Shown here in pieces: positions 1 through 9,427 of a stretch of 32,000 nt of DNA; positions within the stretch are counted from its first letter, which is position 1; every line of letters begins with the position of its first letter. The DNA comes from Candidatus Saccharimonadota bacterium (lineage in GTDB: Bacteria; Patescibacteriota; Saccharimonadia; Saccharimonadales; UBA4665): positions 1,050,001-1,082,000 of the forward strand of contig CP064992.1 in NCBI GenBank assembly GCA_016699935.1. The letters run 5' to 3'. The position numbers and the translations under genes are program-made. The notes under the pieces were generated by a model. The model did not search any database, was not told the DNA's origin, and saw only the letters and a program-made list of their open reading frames with translations.

Positions 1-312
1 ACTATCGCCATATGTCGTTTCGCCAGCATTAGTTTTTAGTAACTCTGGGTGATGCACACCAGCATCAACAACCTTTTCCATCGTCGTAGTGTAGCGAGTA
101 ATATCTTCTGGTGTTCGCGTCTTGGCAAACATCTTAGCTACAAACTTTGCTTGGTCGGTCTCTATGACGACATTACAATCTTCATACCCAACTTCAACAA
201 TACTGCTTGCGTTTAAACTACCCACACCGAAGGCTTCGCATACACGCTCAATGACTGGCGTGAGGTCGCCTGAATACTCTAAGCGGTCTGCTGGTGTTTG
301 TAGCTCAGACAT
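1..312 (-). CDS. kinase-like phosphotransferase (APH/ChoK-fold family), N-terminal part; runs off the left edge
   Basis: Own minus-strand translation from ATG 312..310: MSELQTPADRLEYSGDLTPVIERVCEAFGVGSLNASSIVEVGYEDCNVVIETDQAKFVAKMFAKTRTPEDITRYTTTMEKVVDAGVHHPELLKTNAGETTYGDS. It stays open to position 1, so it has no stop in the window and is absent from the ORF track. The start overlaps the upstream stop (ATGTCTGA). The family call rests on resemblance of the N-lobe and was not searched. Confidence 0.45.
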   Translation of the reverse strand, partial: MSELQTPADRLEYSGDLTPVIERVCEAFGVGSLNASSIVEVGYEDCNVVIETDQAKFVAKMFAKTRTPEDITRYTTTMEKVVDAGVHHPELLKTNAGETTYGDS

Positions 313-632
313 CCGACAATTCCGCTAGCTCGTATATATCAATGGCTGGCTCTTCGTAGGAATGAGCTGCACGGATTGCATCAATAACTGCTTTAACATT
401 TTCACCGTCGCAGGTAATCTCTACGCGTTCTTTCTACAACTTCTTTAGGTTGACCGACTTGCCCTATGGCAGGATTAGCACCATCAACAGGCAAAAATCG
501 TCCTGTACCTTTTACTGAGAAACTGCAATGAATGTAGTTACCAACCTTACCGCCACCAGCGTCGCCGATAGCTTGACGAAGATTATCAGCCTCATCCTCA
601 GGAACGGTCACAATTACTTTATAATTAGTCAT
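305..632 (-). pseudogene. small NIF3/YqfO PII-like insert-domain family protein, one frameshift as assembled
   Basis: ORF 402..632 (MTNYKVIVTVPEDEADNLRQAIGDAGGGKVGNYIHCSFSVKGTGRFLPVDGANPAIGQVGQPKEVVE...) ends prematurely. Shifting frame at the TTT run at 431..433 continues as RVEITCDGENVKAVIDAIRAAHSYEEPAIDIYELAELSDV*, ending at 305 and overlapping the next start codon. Confidence 0.6.
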
Positions 633-785
633 AGGACAATAATAACAGTTCTGACACAGTATTAGCTATGAGTAAAGACAGCCAAGACCACCACCAAAAC
701 ACATAGACGACATCCACACTAAGCTGATTAGCCGTGTTGAATTTGCCGCCAAGCGAGGCACTGAATTTAGTACGGAGGTTCGTAA

Positions 786-1508
786 ATGGGGAATGACCAC
801 CCTGTATCATTAGGCGGTGAAATTGCGGATGACAGATTATCGTATAAGGTTGTTCTAAACTTTAGCCAACAACCATACCTTGATGATTGGGGCGCACCTT
901 TGGTGATGCGATGCATAACCTTAGAAGTGTGCTGAATAATATGGTCGCGGAAATTGCACAAGCCGAGGGGAGCAACAAAGGAACAAATTAAGAGTGTCCA
1001 ATTTCCGGTAGCGTTGAGTGTAAAACAATGGCGTTCCGAAAAAAGGCGAATTCAGACACTGCCACAAGAGGTACAATCTGCTATTGAGAAAGTTCAGCCG
1101 TTTACCGAGATGTCGCAGTCACCCGAGCAACATCCTCTTGCGGTCCTTTCCGCTCTTAGCAACCAAGATAAACACCGACTTGAGCTGACACCAGCTATTG
1201 AGCCTTTGCAGCTAGCTCACGATACATCTATTGAATTTGAGGAAGTTCCTGACCCTATCGTATTGCAGCAGGTAATGAATAGAATGAAGATTGATGGTCG
1301 TTTCCAAGACGGGGTTGAGGTTATTACTCATGACACAACACCTTATCGTGTTGCACAGCTTATCGGCTACCACCAATATCACGGTAGAGTGCAGGTAGTT
1401 ACGGATGATAATGTCACTCTTAGCCCCGCTGAAGTAATGAATACTGTTTTCCCAAAAGTAACTAGCATTATTGATACCGTTTTGTATGCTTGGGCTAACA
1501 AATCTTAG
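786..1508 (+). pseudogene. hypothetical protein (about 240 aa) with HNLRSxL and NxDKHR motifs; two compensating frameshifts
   Basis: Frame 0 from ATG 786 gives MGNDHPVSLGGEIADDRLSYKVVLNFSQQPYLDDW. Frame 2 from the GGGG run at 889..892 gives GRTFGDAMHNLRSVLNNMVAEIAQAEG. The sequence returns to frame 0 at the GGGG run near 966..969 and joins ORF 954..1508 (ATKEQIKSVQFPVAL...LSNQDKHRLEL...). I know of no assigned function for this protein. Confidence 0.5.
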
Positions 1509-1690
1509 GCTAAAATAACGGGGGGCATACCGCCCCACCCCTGTTAATTTGCGATACCACCGTATAAATACTCAATTTCGCGGAGCAATTCTGCCAGCGT
1601 TTTTTTGGCAAAAAGGTGGTGTCGAATTTTTGTCTCTCACTCTCAAAAAACGATTTTTGAGTAGTTTTGAGCATAAAGAGGACCTACTTT

Positions 1691-1699
1691 TGCTACAAT
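1691..1699 (+). promoter_or_regulatory. extended -10 promoter element (TGcTACAAT)
   Basis: TGCTACAAT at 1691..1699 lies about 6 nt upstream of the first helix of the structured element. No good -35 box is present at 17 bp spacing. Confidence 0.35.
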
Positions 1700-1704
1700 G
1701 AAGA

Positions 1705-1851
1705 GGTCCAAACCAGTTACAGAGGATATTTTTATATCCGAGCTTTTTAGTTTGAAAGCGGATAAACCCAAACAGGGGCATCTTGCTGACAAACAATAAG
1801 GGTTTATCCTTTGTTGCTGGTTTGGACACCTAGGCAGGGTGTCCCTTTTTT
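1705..1851 (+). ncRNA. candidate structured RNA, either a cis-regulatory leader (riboswitch or attenuator-like) or a small RNA; class not recognised
   Basis: Closing helix: GTCCAAACCAG (1706..1716) pairs with CTGGTTTGGAC (1817..1827). Internal hairpins are GGATAT/ATATCC, GCTTT/AAAGC and GGATAAACCC (1760..1769) with GGGTTTATCC (1800..1809). The element ends in an intrinsic terminator and lies directly upstream of the RBS and GTG of the next gene. Confidence 0.45.
1824..1851 (+). terminator. rho-independent terminator
   Basis: GGACACC (1824..1830), loop TAGGCAG, GGTGTCC (1838..1844), followed by C and six T. Its 5' arm shares GGAC with the 3' strand of the closing helix. Confidence 0.6.
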
Positions 1852-1891
1852 ATGTGGACCTCCTGCGAATAGCAAATTAAAGGAGGTCAAA

Positions 1892-2311
1892 GTGAATAAG
1901 CAAATCTTTAAAAAGTGGTGGTTTTGGTTAGCTGTGGTTGTCGTACTAGGCGCAATCGGCGCAGCCGGTCAATCAGGCAACAAGACTGACACCACTAGCA
2001 ACCCTAATAGCTCACAGACGACAGATAGCAATAAGAATACTGCTACCTTGCCAACGCTCAACGCAGCCGACTACAAAGGCAAAGAGGGGCTAGTAGTTTA
2101 CAAGGAGCTAAAGGGTAAAGGCTATACCGTTGACGCTGATTTTGAAAAGCAAGCACTGACCGACATAAATGGCAAAGCCTCAGATATGTTTGAGAAACTA
2201 GACCCAAACAAGGCGGATGACCGACAATCGGTAGACGCATTTGTAGTAGGCGACCTAGTACAGACTGGCGACAGCGTAAAGCTAACCATTGCGCATCAAC
2301 CAACTAACTAA
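1892..2311 (+). CDS. membrane-anchored hypothetical protein (N-terminal TM, Ser/Thr/Asn-rich linker, small C-terminal domain)
   Basis: AGGAGG (1881..1886) followed by GTG at 1892, in frame with ORF 1811..2311: VNKQIFKKWWFWLAVVVVLGAIGAAGQSGNKTDTTSNPNSSQTTDSNKN... The part of the ORF upstream of 1892 overlaps the terminator and is unlikely to be coding. Confidence 0.6.
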   Translation: MNKQIFKKWWFWLAVVVVLGAIGAAGQSGNKTDTTSNPNSSQTTDSNKNTATLPTLNAADYKGKEGLVVYKELKGKGYTVDADFEKQALTDINGKASDMFEKLDPNKADDRQSVDAFVVGDLVQTGDSVKLTIAHQPTN

Positions 2312-2312
2312 A

Positions 2313-2472
2313 ATGGAGGAAAAAGTGGACGCACCAAAAACAACCCAAATCAAACTATGTACGCGAGCAAAAGGGTCATAGTATCGTAAAGCATGTTCTT
2401 TTCGGCTGGCTGCTGCTGTGGATACCGGCAATTTATTACACCGTATCCCCAAACCACTACTGGCACACATAG
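2313..2472 (+). pseudogene. small membrane protein (about 48 aa, C-terminal SPNHYWH motif); one frameshift
   Basis: Candidate starts are ATG 2313 or GTG 2325 (GGAGG lies upstream). After the A5 run at 2336..2340 the other frame reads QPKSNYVREQKGHSIVKHVLFGWLLLWIPAIYYTVSPNHYWHT*, with the stop at 2470..2472. The antisense ORF 2282..2539 is rejected. Confidence 0.4.
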
Positions 2473-2860
2473 GGCAAGGTTTGTTGCCGCTTACACACGG
2501 GAATAATTTAGTTGAGTTATAATAAAACACTATTAACAATCTATGTATTTCATGTAGCAGCCAAATACGGAGACAGGACCGCTAAAAAGTCTGGGGCAGC
2601 ACAATACATGAAATGTAAGTAAAACGAGATACGACCTCGGCAAAAAAAACGGACTTACAAGCGTGGCTAACGATGCCATAGTGTACTTTTGTATGAATGG
2701 CTTGGGAGTATCAACGTGAGTACCGTTTCTCAAGAGCTTTCAGCAATCAGTCTTGTAAAGTTGATAGAGGCTTTGCAAAAATCAATGCGTCAACACCAAA
2801 GGTAAAATTAACGAGCGGTCAATAGACGACAATAACGGTGGGCGCATTATAATGTAGCTA

Positions 2861-4460
2861 ATGGGTAGAATAATCAAGCGACCAGCGCCGTATGAGATTG
2901 AGCAGGAAAAGCCGCTGCGCTATGTTTTATATGCCCGAAAATCGTCTATTGGCGAGGACGCTCCAGGCACAGTCAGTCCCCGACCAACTTAAACATTGTC
3001 GGGAATATGCAGAGCGCGAGGGCTTAATCATAGCCGCTACTATTGAGGAGGATGGCTCGGCGTGGACACCAAATAATAGAAAAAGTTTACGCAGATTTTA
3101 GCAGATATAACCGCTCATAAATACGGACGGTATACTAAGCTGGCATCCTGACCGACTGAGCCGCAATATGCTAGAGAGTGGCATGATAATGGACATGCTG
3201 GACAGCGGCATCATTAAAGACCTCCAGTTCCCTACGGTCCAATTTACTAATAACGCCGCTGGCAAGTTGTTACTGAATATCCTATTTGCAATGGCAAAGA
3301 ACTATACTGATAGCCAGAGCGAGAACACACTAAGAGGTGTTGGTAGCAGCTTTGAAAAAGGCAAGTCATCAGCATACAAATGGGGTTATCTGCGTGATGA
3401 GATTACCGGTCATTATGAGCCACACCCAAGAAACTTTGAGTTGATAAAGCAAGGCTGGCAGATGCGCTTAGAAGGTCGCACGGAGACTGAGATTGTGGAC
3501 TTCTGGGCTAAGAAGGATGTACATCGCCTGACTAAGATTAGTCGTAAGAACAAGAAGATTAAAAAAATCGTCATCACTAAACAGATAGCCTCTAGGCTCT
3601 TTCATGAACCATTCTATTTTGGCATCTTGGTCCAAGCTGGTCAGGAAGTGGACTTGCTAAAGATTACCAACTTCAAGCCAATGATAGACGAGGACACATA
3701 CAATGCCGTTCAAGCTATGAGCCAAAAACGAGCTAGGGTCTTACCTTTTAGCAAGCGCTCTACCTTCTACCCTCTCCGTGCTTTGGTGTTGTGTGGCGTA
3801 TGCGACAACGAGATACCTATGCGCGGGGGCAAGAACAGGTCCAGTAACGGCAAGTATTACCTTAGCTATCGCTGTGATAATAAGGCGTGTACACGCGCTA
3901 CAAAGAGTGTCCGTGCTAAATACATATTTGACCCACTTTATGAAGTGCTAGAAAAGATGAAATTTACTAGCAAGGAGTACGACCAATACAGCAAAACCAT
4001 AGACGGCTACACAGATGAGAAAATACAAGAGCTGCGTGCAGAGCGGCGCAGTCTTACAGGTGCTAGGCAACACAAGCAAAAAGAGCTGGATATTAAAGCA
4101 CGTCAATTAACGGCGTTGCCAGAGGATACACCAGAGGTTGCCCGCAAAACACTCATACACGACCTAGAGGACCTTGAAAACTCGCTCATTGACCTTGATG
4201 AGCAGGTTAAAGCCATAGACAAAAAAGTGGTTGACCCTACCAAAATCAAGATAACGAAAGAGGAGTTTTTGAACTTAGCTAATTCTGTTGCGGATAAGAT
4301 GAGGGCTGGCACATCCGTTGAAAAAGATATGCTGGCGCGTATTTTGCTTTTGAACATATCCCTAAATAACGAAAATGCTCCCTCCTTTATCTGGAGAGAG
4401 CCTTTTGCTGCCTTGCTCAAGAGCAAGAAAATCCTACTTGGTGCGGACGAGAGGACTTGA
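2861..4460 (+). pseudogene. large serine recombinase (resolvase domain, recombinase domain, zinc ribbon, coiled coil); at least 3 frameshifts
   Basis: ATG 2861 gives MGRIIKRPAPYEIEQEKPLRYVLYARKSSIGEDA, which contains the catalytic-Ser motif YARKSS. A shift near 2955..2965 leads to QSVPDQLKHCREYAEREGLIIAATIEEDGSAWTPNNR. The stops TAG 3099 and TAA 3108 are bypassed by a compensating indel pair (A5 run at 3080..3084 and around 3125..3130), giving KKFTQILADITAHKYDGILSWHPDRLSRN. The sequence then joins ORF 3168..4460, which carries the Cys-rich ribbon CGVCDNEIPMRGG...YRCDNKAC. Confidence 0.8.
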
Positions 4461-4525
4461 ACCTCCACGCTTTTTACGGCACTGGCACCTCAAGCCAGCC
4501 TGTCTACCAATTCCAGCACGTCCGC
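4439..4525 (-). tRNA. tRNA-Leu(GAG), class II long variable arm, CCA encoded
   Basis: Reverse complement: GCGGACGTGCTGGAATTGGTAGACAGGCTGGCTTGAGGTGCCAGTGCCGTAAAAAGCGTGGAGGTTCAAGTCCTCTCGTCCGCACCA. Acceptor GCGGACG/CGTCCGC, anticodon loop TTGAGGT. Confidence 0.9.
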
Positions 4526-4579
4526 ATATGCTAATAGGAACGTCCTTTATGGTATCTGTTTTTCGGATAAAACTCAATA

Positions 4580-4891
4580 CTACTTTACAGTTCTAAGAAA
4601 TCGTTTCCCCTTATGATAGCCACGTCGAAAATTTTTGTTTCGCAGCATGCGTCGCTCTGCATAAGAACTGAGACCGTGAAATGCTACAATTCCCCACACA
4701 ACATTGAGCAAGATATTAACGTAAGCATGTTTTTGCCAGGTGTAACATATCAGTAATATCGCTGCAATAAGATTATCAAATTCATACCAGATTGAAGTTG
4801 CTTTCCACCTCCCGGTGCTCGTACGCCAAAACGCAAAAAGTAATATCAATCCGCCAAGAAGCCCAATGTAGTCAATGGGTTGCCAGTGCAC
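4580..4891 (-). CDS. small integral membrane protein (about 3 TM), function unknown
   Basis: Intact 103-aa ORF with hydrophobic segments (IGLLGGLILLFAFW, LIAAILLICYTW, ILLNVVWGIVAF). It sits 3 nt downstream of the oxidase gene on the same strand. Confidence 0.55.
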   Translation of the reverse strand: MHWQPIDYIGLLGGLILLFAFWRTSTGRWKATSIWYEFDNLIAAILLICYTWQKHAYVNILLNVVWGIVAFHGLSSYAERRMLRNKNFRRGYHKGKRFLRTVK

Positions 4892-4894
4892 CTC

Positions 4895-6542
4895 CTAACT
4901 CCGAGGCATGTGTTTATAGAGGTAGTCGAGCGTGTAGTTTGAACGAAGTGAAGAACGCATATCTTCCTTGTCTATGGCAATTTTTACACCCGGGTTTAAA
5001 ATACCAAATGGGTCAAAAATTTGCTTAATATTCTGGAAAACTGTGTATACATCTGATCCGTACATATTCTTAAGATAACTGCTTCGCAGACGTCCATCGT
5101 TGTGCTGTGCCGATGTTGAACCACCTAGGCGAATCACCAACGAATAGTACTCATCCATCAGTTTAAAAGCCTTCTGCCTATCACCAAGCTGGCTTATATC
5201 TAGATACGGCTGTACGTGAAGGTTGCCATCGCCGGCGTGGCCCCAAATCGCAACATCAAGCTTGAGCACTTCAAATAACCCATACACACCTTCGATGAAC
5301 TCTGCCAATTTTTCGAGTGGAACTATGCCGTCTTCAATTATGGGTATAGCCTTCGATTGCCCTCGCTGTACGCCAAAGGCTCGCCGAGGCATGACGTATC
5401 TTCCATAGCTCGGCTTGTTCGGCAGCGCGATGCTTCACGGGATTCTCGGGCGTTTTTATCAATAATCTGGCGGATTCGTTTCACATTTTTCTTTCGACGT
5501 CGATCATTCGGATCATCGAGCTCTACTATGAGAACGGCTTTTGGTAAAACATCGGGCAAAACTTTTTTCAGTTGATTTGGGTTAAGCTGATTGACAATAT
5601 TGAGTAAGTTTCCATCAACAAATTCAATTGCGCTGGGAATATTTGGCAGCGCTTTTAAGGCAATTGCGGCATCACAGGCCGCCTGAATACTATCGAAAAA
5701 GGCGGCAAATACAACTGTTTCGGGATTATGAACCTCTGTTTCGCACGTTATCTCTGTCACGATACCCAGTGTTCCTTGCGCTCCAACAAACAATGGCGTA
5801 AGGTCAAAACTACCGTCTTTACGCTTAACATCGAAGATGTTATATCCAGCAGTATTTTTACTGATCTCACGAAGTGTTTTATCTATTTTATCGCGATTTT
5901 CCTCTATAAGTTTATCGAGCGAGCGGTATACTTCGCCCTCAAACGTTGTCAGTCCAAGCTTTTTACCGAGTTCACGCTTTGTGATCCGTCCAGTTTCTAT
6001 CACCTCCCATTTGCGAGCACAACACGCAGTGATTTTACGTAATCTTTGGTAACGCCGTACTTGACAGACTTTTCGCCCGCTGCGTTATTGCCTACAGCTC
6101 CACCAATGGAGCTGTATTCGATGCTTGCTGGGTATGGGTAAAAACCGTTCATGGGTCTGGAGTGTTTGTTGAAGCCGTCCGTAGTTAAGGCCAGGCTCAA
6201 CGACGACAATGCCGGTTTTTGATCGAGTGAAACAATTCGGTTCATATGAGCCGGGAACACCATCATGATTCCACTCCCAACCGCACCGCCGCTGAGGTCT
6301 GTTCCCCAGCCCCGTGGTGTAATGGGGATAATCCGACCTCGCTCTGCCAGTTGCCAGGTAAAACGAGCTGTTTTACGCACATCGTTTTCATTGCGCGGGT
6401 ATACCACGATACTCGGTGCAATACTGAAGATACTGCAATCGGTCGAAAAATACCGACGAGCATCAGTGCTTGTCATTACCTCGCCTAGTAGGTGTTCTTG
6501 TAGATAGTGTGCTACTTTGCTCATGCTCCCCAGCCCTCTCAT
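4895..6542 (-). pseudogene. FAD-binding oxidoreductase (FAD-linked oxidase, GlcD/D-lactate dehydrogenase-like family); at least 4 frameshifts
   Basis: Three ORF fragments (6000..6542, 5338..6003, 4895..5392) read colinearly. A further compensated indel pair (T5 run at 6216..6220 and A5 run at 6140..6144) hides LDQKTGIVVVEPGLNYGRLQQTLQTHERF. Motifs include SSIGGAVGNNAAGEKSVKYG, and the C-terminal part reads WGHAGDGNLH. Confidence 0.8.
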
Positions 6543-6770
6543 GTATGGATGTTATGATAGCATAATCGCTATAGCAAATACATAGCCATGTCCCTTGAAA
6601 TGGCAAGCTAAACAGGCTATCCTAGCATAGTTACACTAACAAGGTCGTGGCGGTCACTGCGAAGCAGCGCCAGTAATAATCGTAGACATTCGTCTACCAG
6701 TCCGCCAGAAACAATATGACAGTCCGAAATGACGGTAAACTACATAGCACATTTCACTCTAGACAGTCAC

Positions 6771-6854
6771 GCGGATGTGGCGGAATGGTAGACGCGCTAG
6801 TTTCAGGTACTAGTGAGGCAACTCGTGGAGGTTCAAGTCCTCTCATCCGCACCA
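6771..6854 (+). tRNA. tRNA-Leu(CAG), CCA encoded
   Basis: GCGGATGTGGCGGAATGGTAGACGCGCTAGTTTCAGGTACTAGTGAGGCAACTCGTGGAGGTTCAAGTCCTCTCATCCGCACCA. Anticodon loop TTCAGGT. Confidence 0.9.
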
Positions 6855-6884
6855 CTGCAAATAACCAGAATCATACATTGTTAC

Positions 6885-8674
6885 TTACTTAGGAATTTGG
6901 CCTTGTTTTACTGCCCAGTTTGTTACCGAATAGTAGCGGTCGGCGTCAGTATTGATGCTGTGCTCATTCAAGCCCTGCACGACTCCTCTGGATAGGTAAA
7001 GAATTTTTGGTTGGAATAATCCGACCGCTGGAGCATCATCTTGCCATGCCTTGAGAAATGCTTTGTATTTCAAAGCTCGAACCACTGGATCCTGCCGAGT
7101 CCGACCGCCTTCTAGGGCCGAATCTGCCACAGCCGACTTGTATTCAGAGAAGTTCAAGCGATTACTGCTCCGCGGGTCCGCCTGGGTGCTACTCCAATAC
7201 GCGTAAACATCAGGGTCGGGACCTATGGAAACTGTATATAACAATGCTGAAAAAGCGTGTGCTTCTACAGAACTTTGAAAGTCAGTGGATTGTTGCAGCG
7301 CAGCCTGTACATCGACCCCGACACCCCGCCACTGCTCTTTCAATTTTCGCAGTATTTGCTGATTTTCCGGTGTCTCTTCGGCAACAACTATGATGCTAAG
7401 GGGCTGATTACTTTTTACCCTAATACCATCTTTTCCGTTCACCCAACCTGCTTGCTCGAGGATTGTATTGGCAGCGGCTGGGTTGTAGGCGGGTTGATTA
7501 TACTCTTTCGCGTAGCCTGTCTGCGCAACAAGGAACGGCTGATGCACAAGGCGCAAATCATCGCTTAGAGCGCTTTTAATGCTCTGTTTGTCGGTTGCGA
7601 GAACAAGCGCCCGCCGAACTGCCCCATCGCTCAATGCGCCTTCTGAAGTTTTAAAGAATACCATGGTGGCGGCTGTTGCATTAAACCGATAGGTATAGAG
7701 CGAGCTGTCATTGTCAAGCACATCAGGCAATCGTTTTAGTCCAGCAATTCCTTCGATTGACCGCTTTTTGTAAGCTGAAACCATCTTTTCTTCATCGTCA
7801 TAGACATGCAAAATGAAGCCATCTAGTTTCGGGCGTCCGGTGTTGTACTCTTCATATGCCTTAAGCGACAAAAGCGTCGAGGCTTCGCCGGAGCCAGCCG
7901 CACTACCAAATTGCAACGACCCCACATGAACGGACCCGCACCAACTGGTTCCGTCGTATTGAAGCTGCTCGTACGTAGCTGCGAAACCGGTACCTTTTGA
8001 AGCAAATGTGCGGGAATGATCCCAGTAGTCAAACTGTGCGGAAAAGCAGTCAGCGCACTCGGTAACCCAAAGATAACCGTTTGTGGGTTTGGCGCAGTGA
8101 TCACTATGCCTTGCCAACTACTCAATAGAGGTGAGCGTGTGTCAGGGTTCTGGATAGTGCGGAAGGTATAGACAACATCTGCGCTCGTGAGCGGAGCACC
8201 ATCATGCCACCTCAGACCCGGCTTTAAAGTAAATGTATACTGCTTACCAGAATCATCGGCCTTATATTCTTTTGCGAGATCTCCGATTAGCTGATTGTTT
8301 CCGTCGTACTTCAGTAGACCAGCAAATAGCAGCCGTGACGCCGCTGTATCAACCGCTCCGGTAGCATAAATGGGGTTTGCATTACTATATGTTCCGAGCA
8401 TCCCCTCGTTATACACTCCACCTGGCACTGGTCCAGATTTGAGATAGTAGCTACTGAGATTGACAGCTTGAAGGAACGTAAGCGCACTGATGGTCACGAC
8501 AAGAAACAGCCATCCGCCAACGAATCGTTTCACGTCAAGTAGTCGTTCCAGCCTGTCTATAAAGTGCGAGTCGAATCCAGCTTCAGCGCGAGATGCGACT
8601 GATCCAACCTGTCGCTGGTGGCGCCGGAAAGATCGTCTAATTCTTAATTTGGTTGCATGATTCATGAATGACAT
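6885..8674 (-). pseudogene. ABC transporter substrate-binding protein, peptide/nickel type (SBP family 5), N-terminal membrane anchor; one frameshift
   Basis: Fragments 7823..8674 (N-terminal; TM segment FVGGWLFLVVTISALTFL; ...FTLKPGLRWHDGAPLTSADVVYTF) and 6885..8117 join near 7925..7935 (EPVGAGPFMW then GSLQFGSAAGSGEAST...). Confidence 0.75.
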
Positions 8675-8700
8675 GATGCTCTGTTCCCCACCAGATACGC

Positions 8701-8916
8701 TTAACCAATGATGATACCGAGCAAAATTGCAAGAATAAACACAAGCGCAGACACAATAGTCAGTTGATAAATTGTTTTGTCAGTTCCCCGCCGTTCGGTA
8801 TTTACCTCGCCACTACTACCGATACCTGCACCCAAAGACGCACCCCTCGTCTGTACTAAAATAAGCAGCGTCATAAAAAGCATCGATATAATTGCGACAT
8901 AGTTATATATACTCAT
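8701..8916 (-). CDS. secG: preprotein translocase subunit SecG
   Basis: Intact 71-aa ORF with two TM helices flanking a Gly-rich loop (LILVQTRGASLGAGIGSSGE...), which is the typical SecG layout. Confidence 0.7.
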   Translation of the reverse strand: MSIYNYVAIISMLFMTLLILVQTRGASLGAGIGSSGEVNTERRGTDKTIYQLTIVSALVFILAILLGIIIG

Positions 8917-8925
8917 AGTTTTTCT

Positions 8926-8934
8926 AGTATACCA
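8926..8934 (-). promoter_or_regulatory. extended -10 element (TGgTATACT) 9 nt upstream of the secG ATG
   Basis: The reverse complement of 8926..8934 reads TGGTATACT. The ATG is at 8916..8914, so the 5' UTR would be only about 2 nt. Confidence 0.3.
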
Positions 8935-9034
8935 CGAATTTCTGGCCAGCCAGTCTCGCAGTATTCAGCAAACGAGATTCCACACCCTCGGCCAAAATAG
9001 CAGTTACGTAACAAGTGTTCGCACTGCACGGGTC

Positions 9035-9416
9035 TCACGAACTTCGGTCCAAAATAGCTGACACAAGGTAGTTTACGACGCCTATAATCAGTCCCGTTAC
9101 GATCGCAACGCTGAAGCTTTCAATATGAAGGGGCTCATATAGCTTACTTGCCAGATAGACGGTTGCGCCGTTGATGACTAGCATAAAAAGACCCAGCGTC
9201 AATAATATTGCAGGCAGGCTCAGCACGACAAGCAGGGGTTTGATAAATGAATTGATTAGTGCCAATATTGCGCCGGCAAACACAACTACAGCAAAACGGC
9301 TCTGATAATCAACCGAGCCACGCAGCAGACCGGCCGCAATCCAAAGCCCAAGGCTACATACAAACCACCGTAAAAAGAAATGAATACACGAAACTCTGGT
9401 TTTTATATGCCGTCAT
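9035..9416 (-). pseudogene. phage-holin-IV / DUF360-type 4-TM membrane protein; two frameshifts in the N-terminal part
   Basis: ORF 9035..9283 (FAGAILALINSFIKPLLVVLSLPAILLTLGLFMLVINGATVYL...) is the conserved core. The upstream frames read MTAYKNQSFVYSFLF / YGGLYVALGFGL / AAGLLRGSVDYQSRFAVVV, starting at ATG 9416. Confidence 0.55.
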
Positions 9417-9427
9417 TGTTATAAGCA

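Larger units (their letters stand above)
786..4460. mobile_element. possible remnant integrated element ending at tRNA-Leu(GAG), with a serine recombinase at its right end; the left boundary is not defined
   Basis: The right end is the recombinase CDS, which runs into the tRNA 3' end. The cargo is all hypothetical or small membrane proteins plus a structured RNA. No att repeat was found, so the left edge is a guess (the intergenic region 633..785). Confidence 0.3.

Noticed and set aside
305-312. The identical start/stop overlap ATGTCT(GA/AG) at three gene junctions (305..312, 25273..25280, 30014..30021), with each upstream protein ending in ..V* and each downstream protein starting with MS.
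   Set aside because: This is ordinary 8-nt translational-coupling overlap. Three occurrences of a short string are compatible with chance and codon bias.
625-810. 61-aa minus-strand ORF (MIQGGHSPF...VFWWWSWLSLLIANTV...) overlapping the start of the NIF3-like gene.
   Set aside because: It could be a small membrane protein, but it collides with the frame-corrected start (786) of the + strand gene, and I have no supporting motif or RBS. It is left uncalled.
1572-1829. 85-aa minus-strand ORF covering the intergenic region upstream of the membrane-anchored protein.
   Set aside because: Its composition is low-complexity and basic. It overlaps the promoter, helices and terminator of the structured RNA on the other strand, and it has no RBS.
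3099-3110. In-frame TAG and TAA inside the recombinase, and premature stops in many other genes, raising the possibility of stop-codon reassignment (for example the UGA=Gly code of some CPR lineages).
   Set aside because: Every case I examined is explained by a +/-1 frame change: conserved sequence continues in another frame. All three stop codons terminate otherwise intact genes. Long intact genes (pepP, gnd, the 526-aa ORF) contain no internal stops. The standard code fits.
6813-6995. 60-aa ORF starting inside tRNA-Leu(CAG).
   Set aside because: It overlaps the tRNA and the 3' end of the SBP gene on the other strand.
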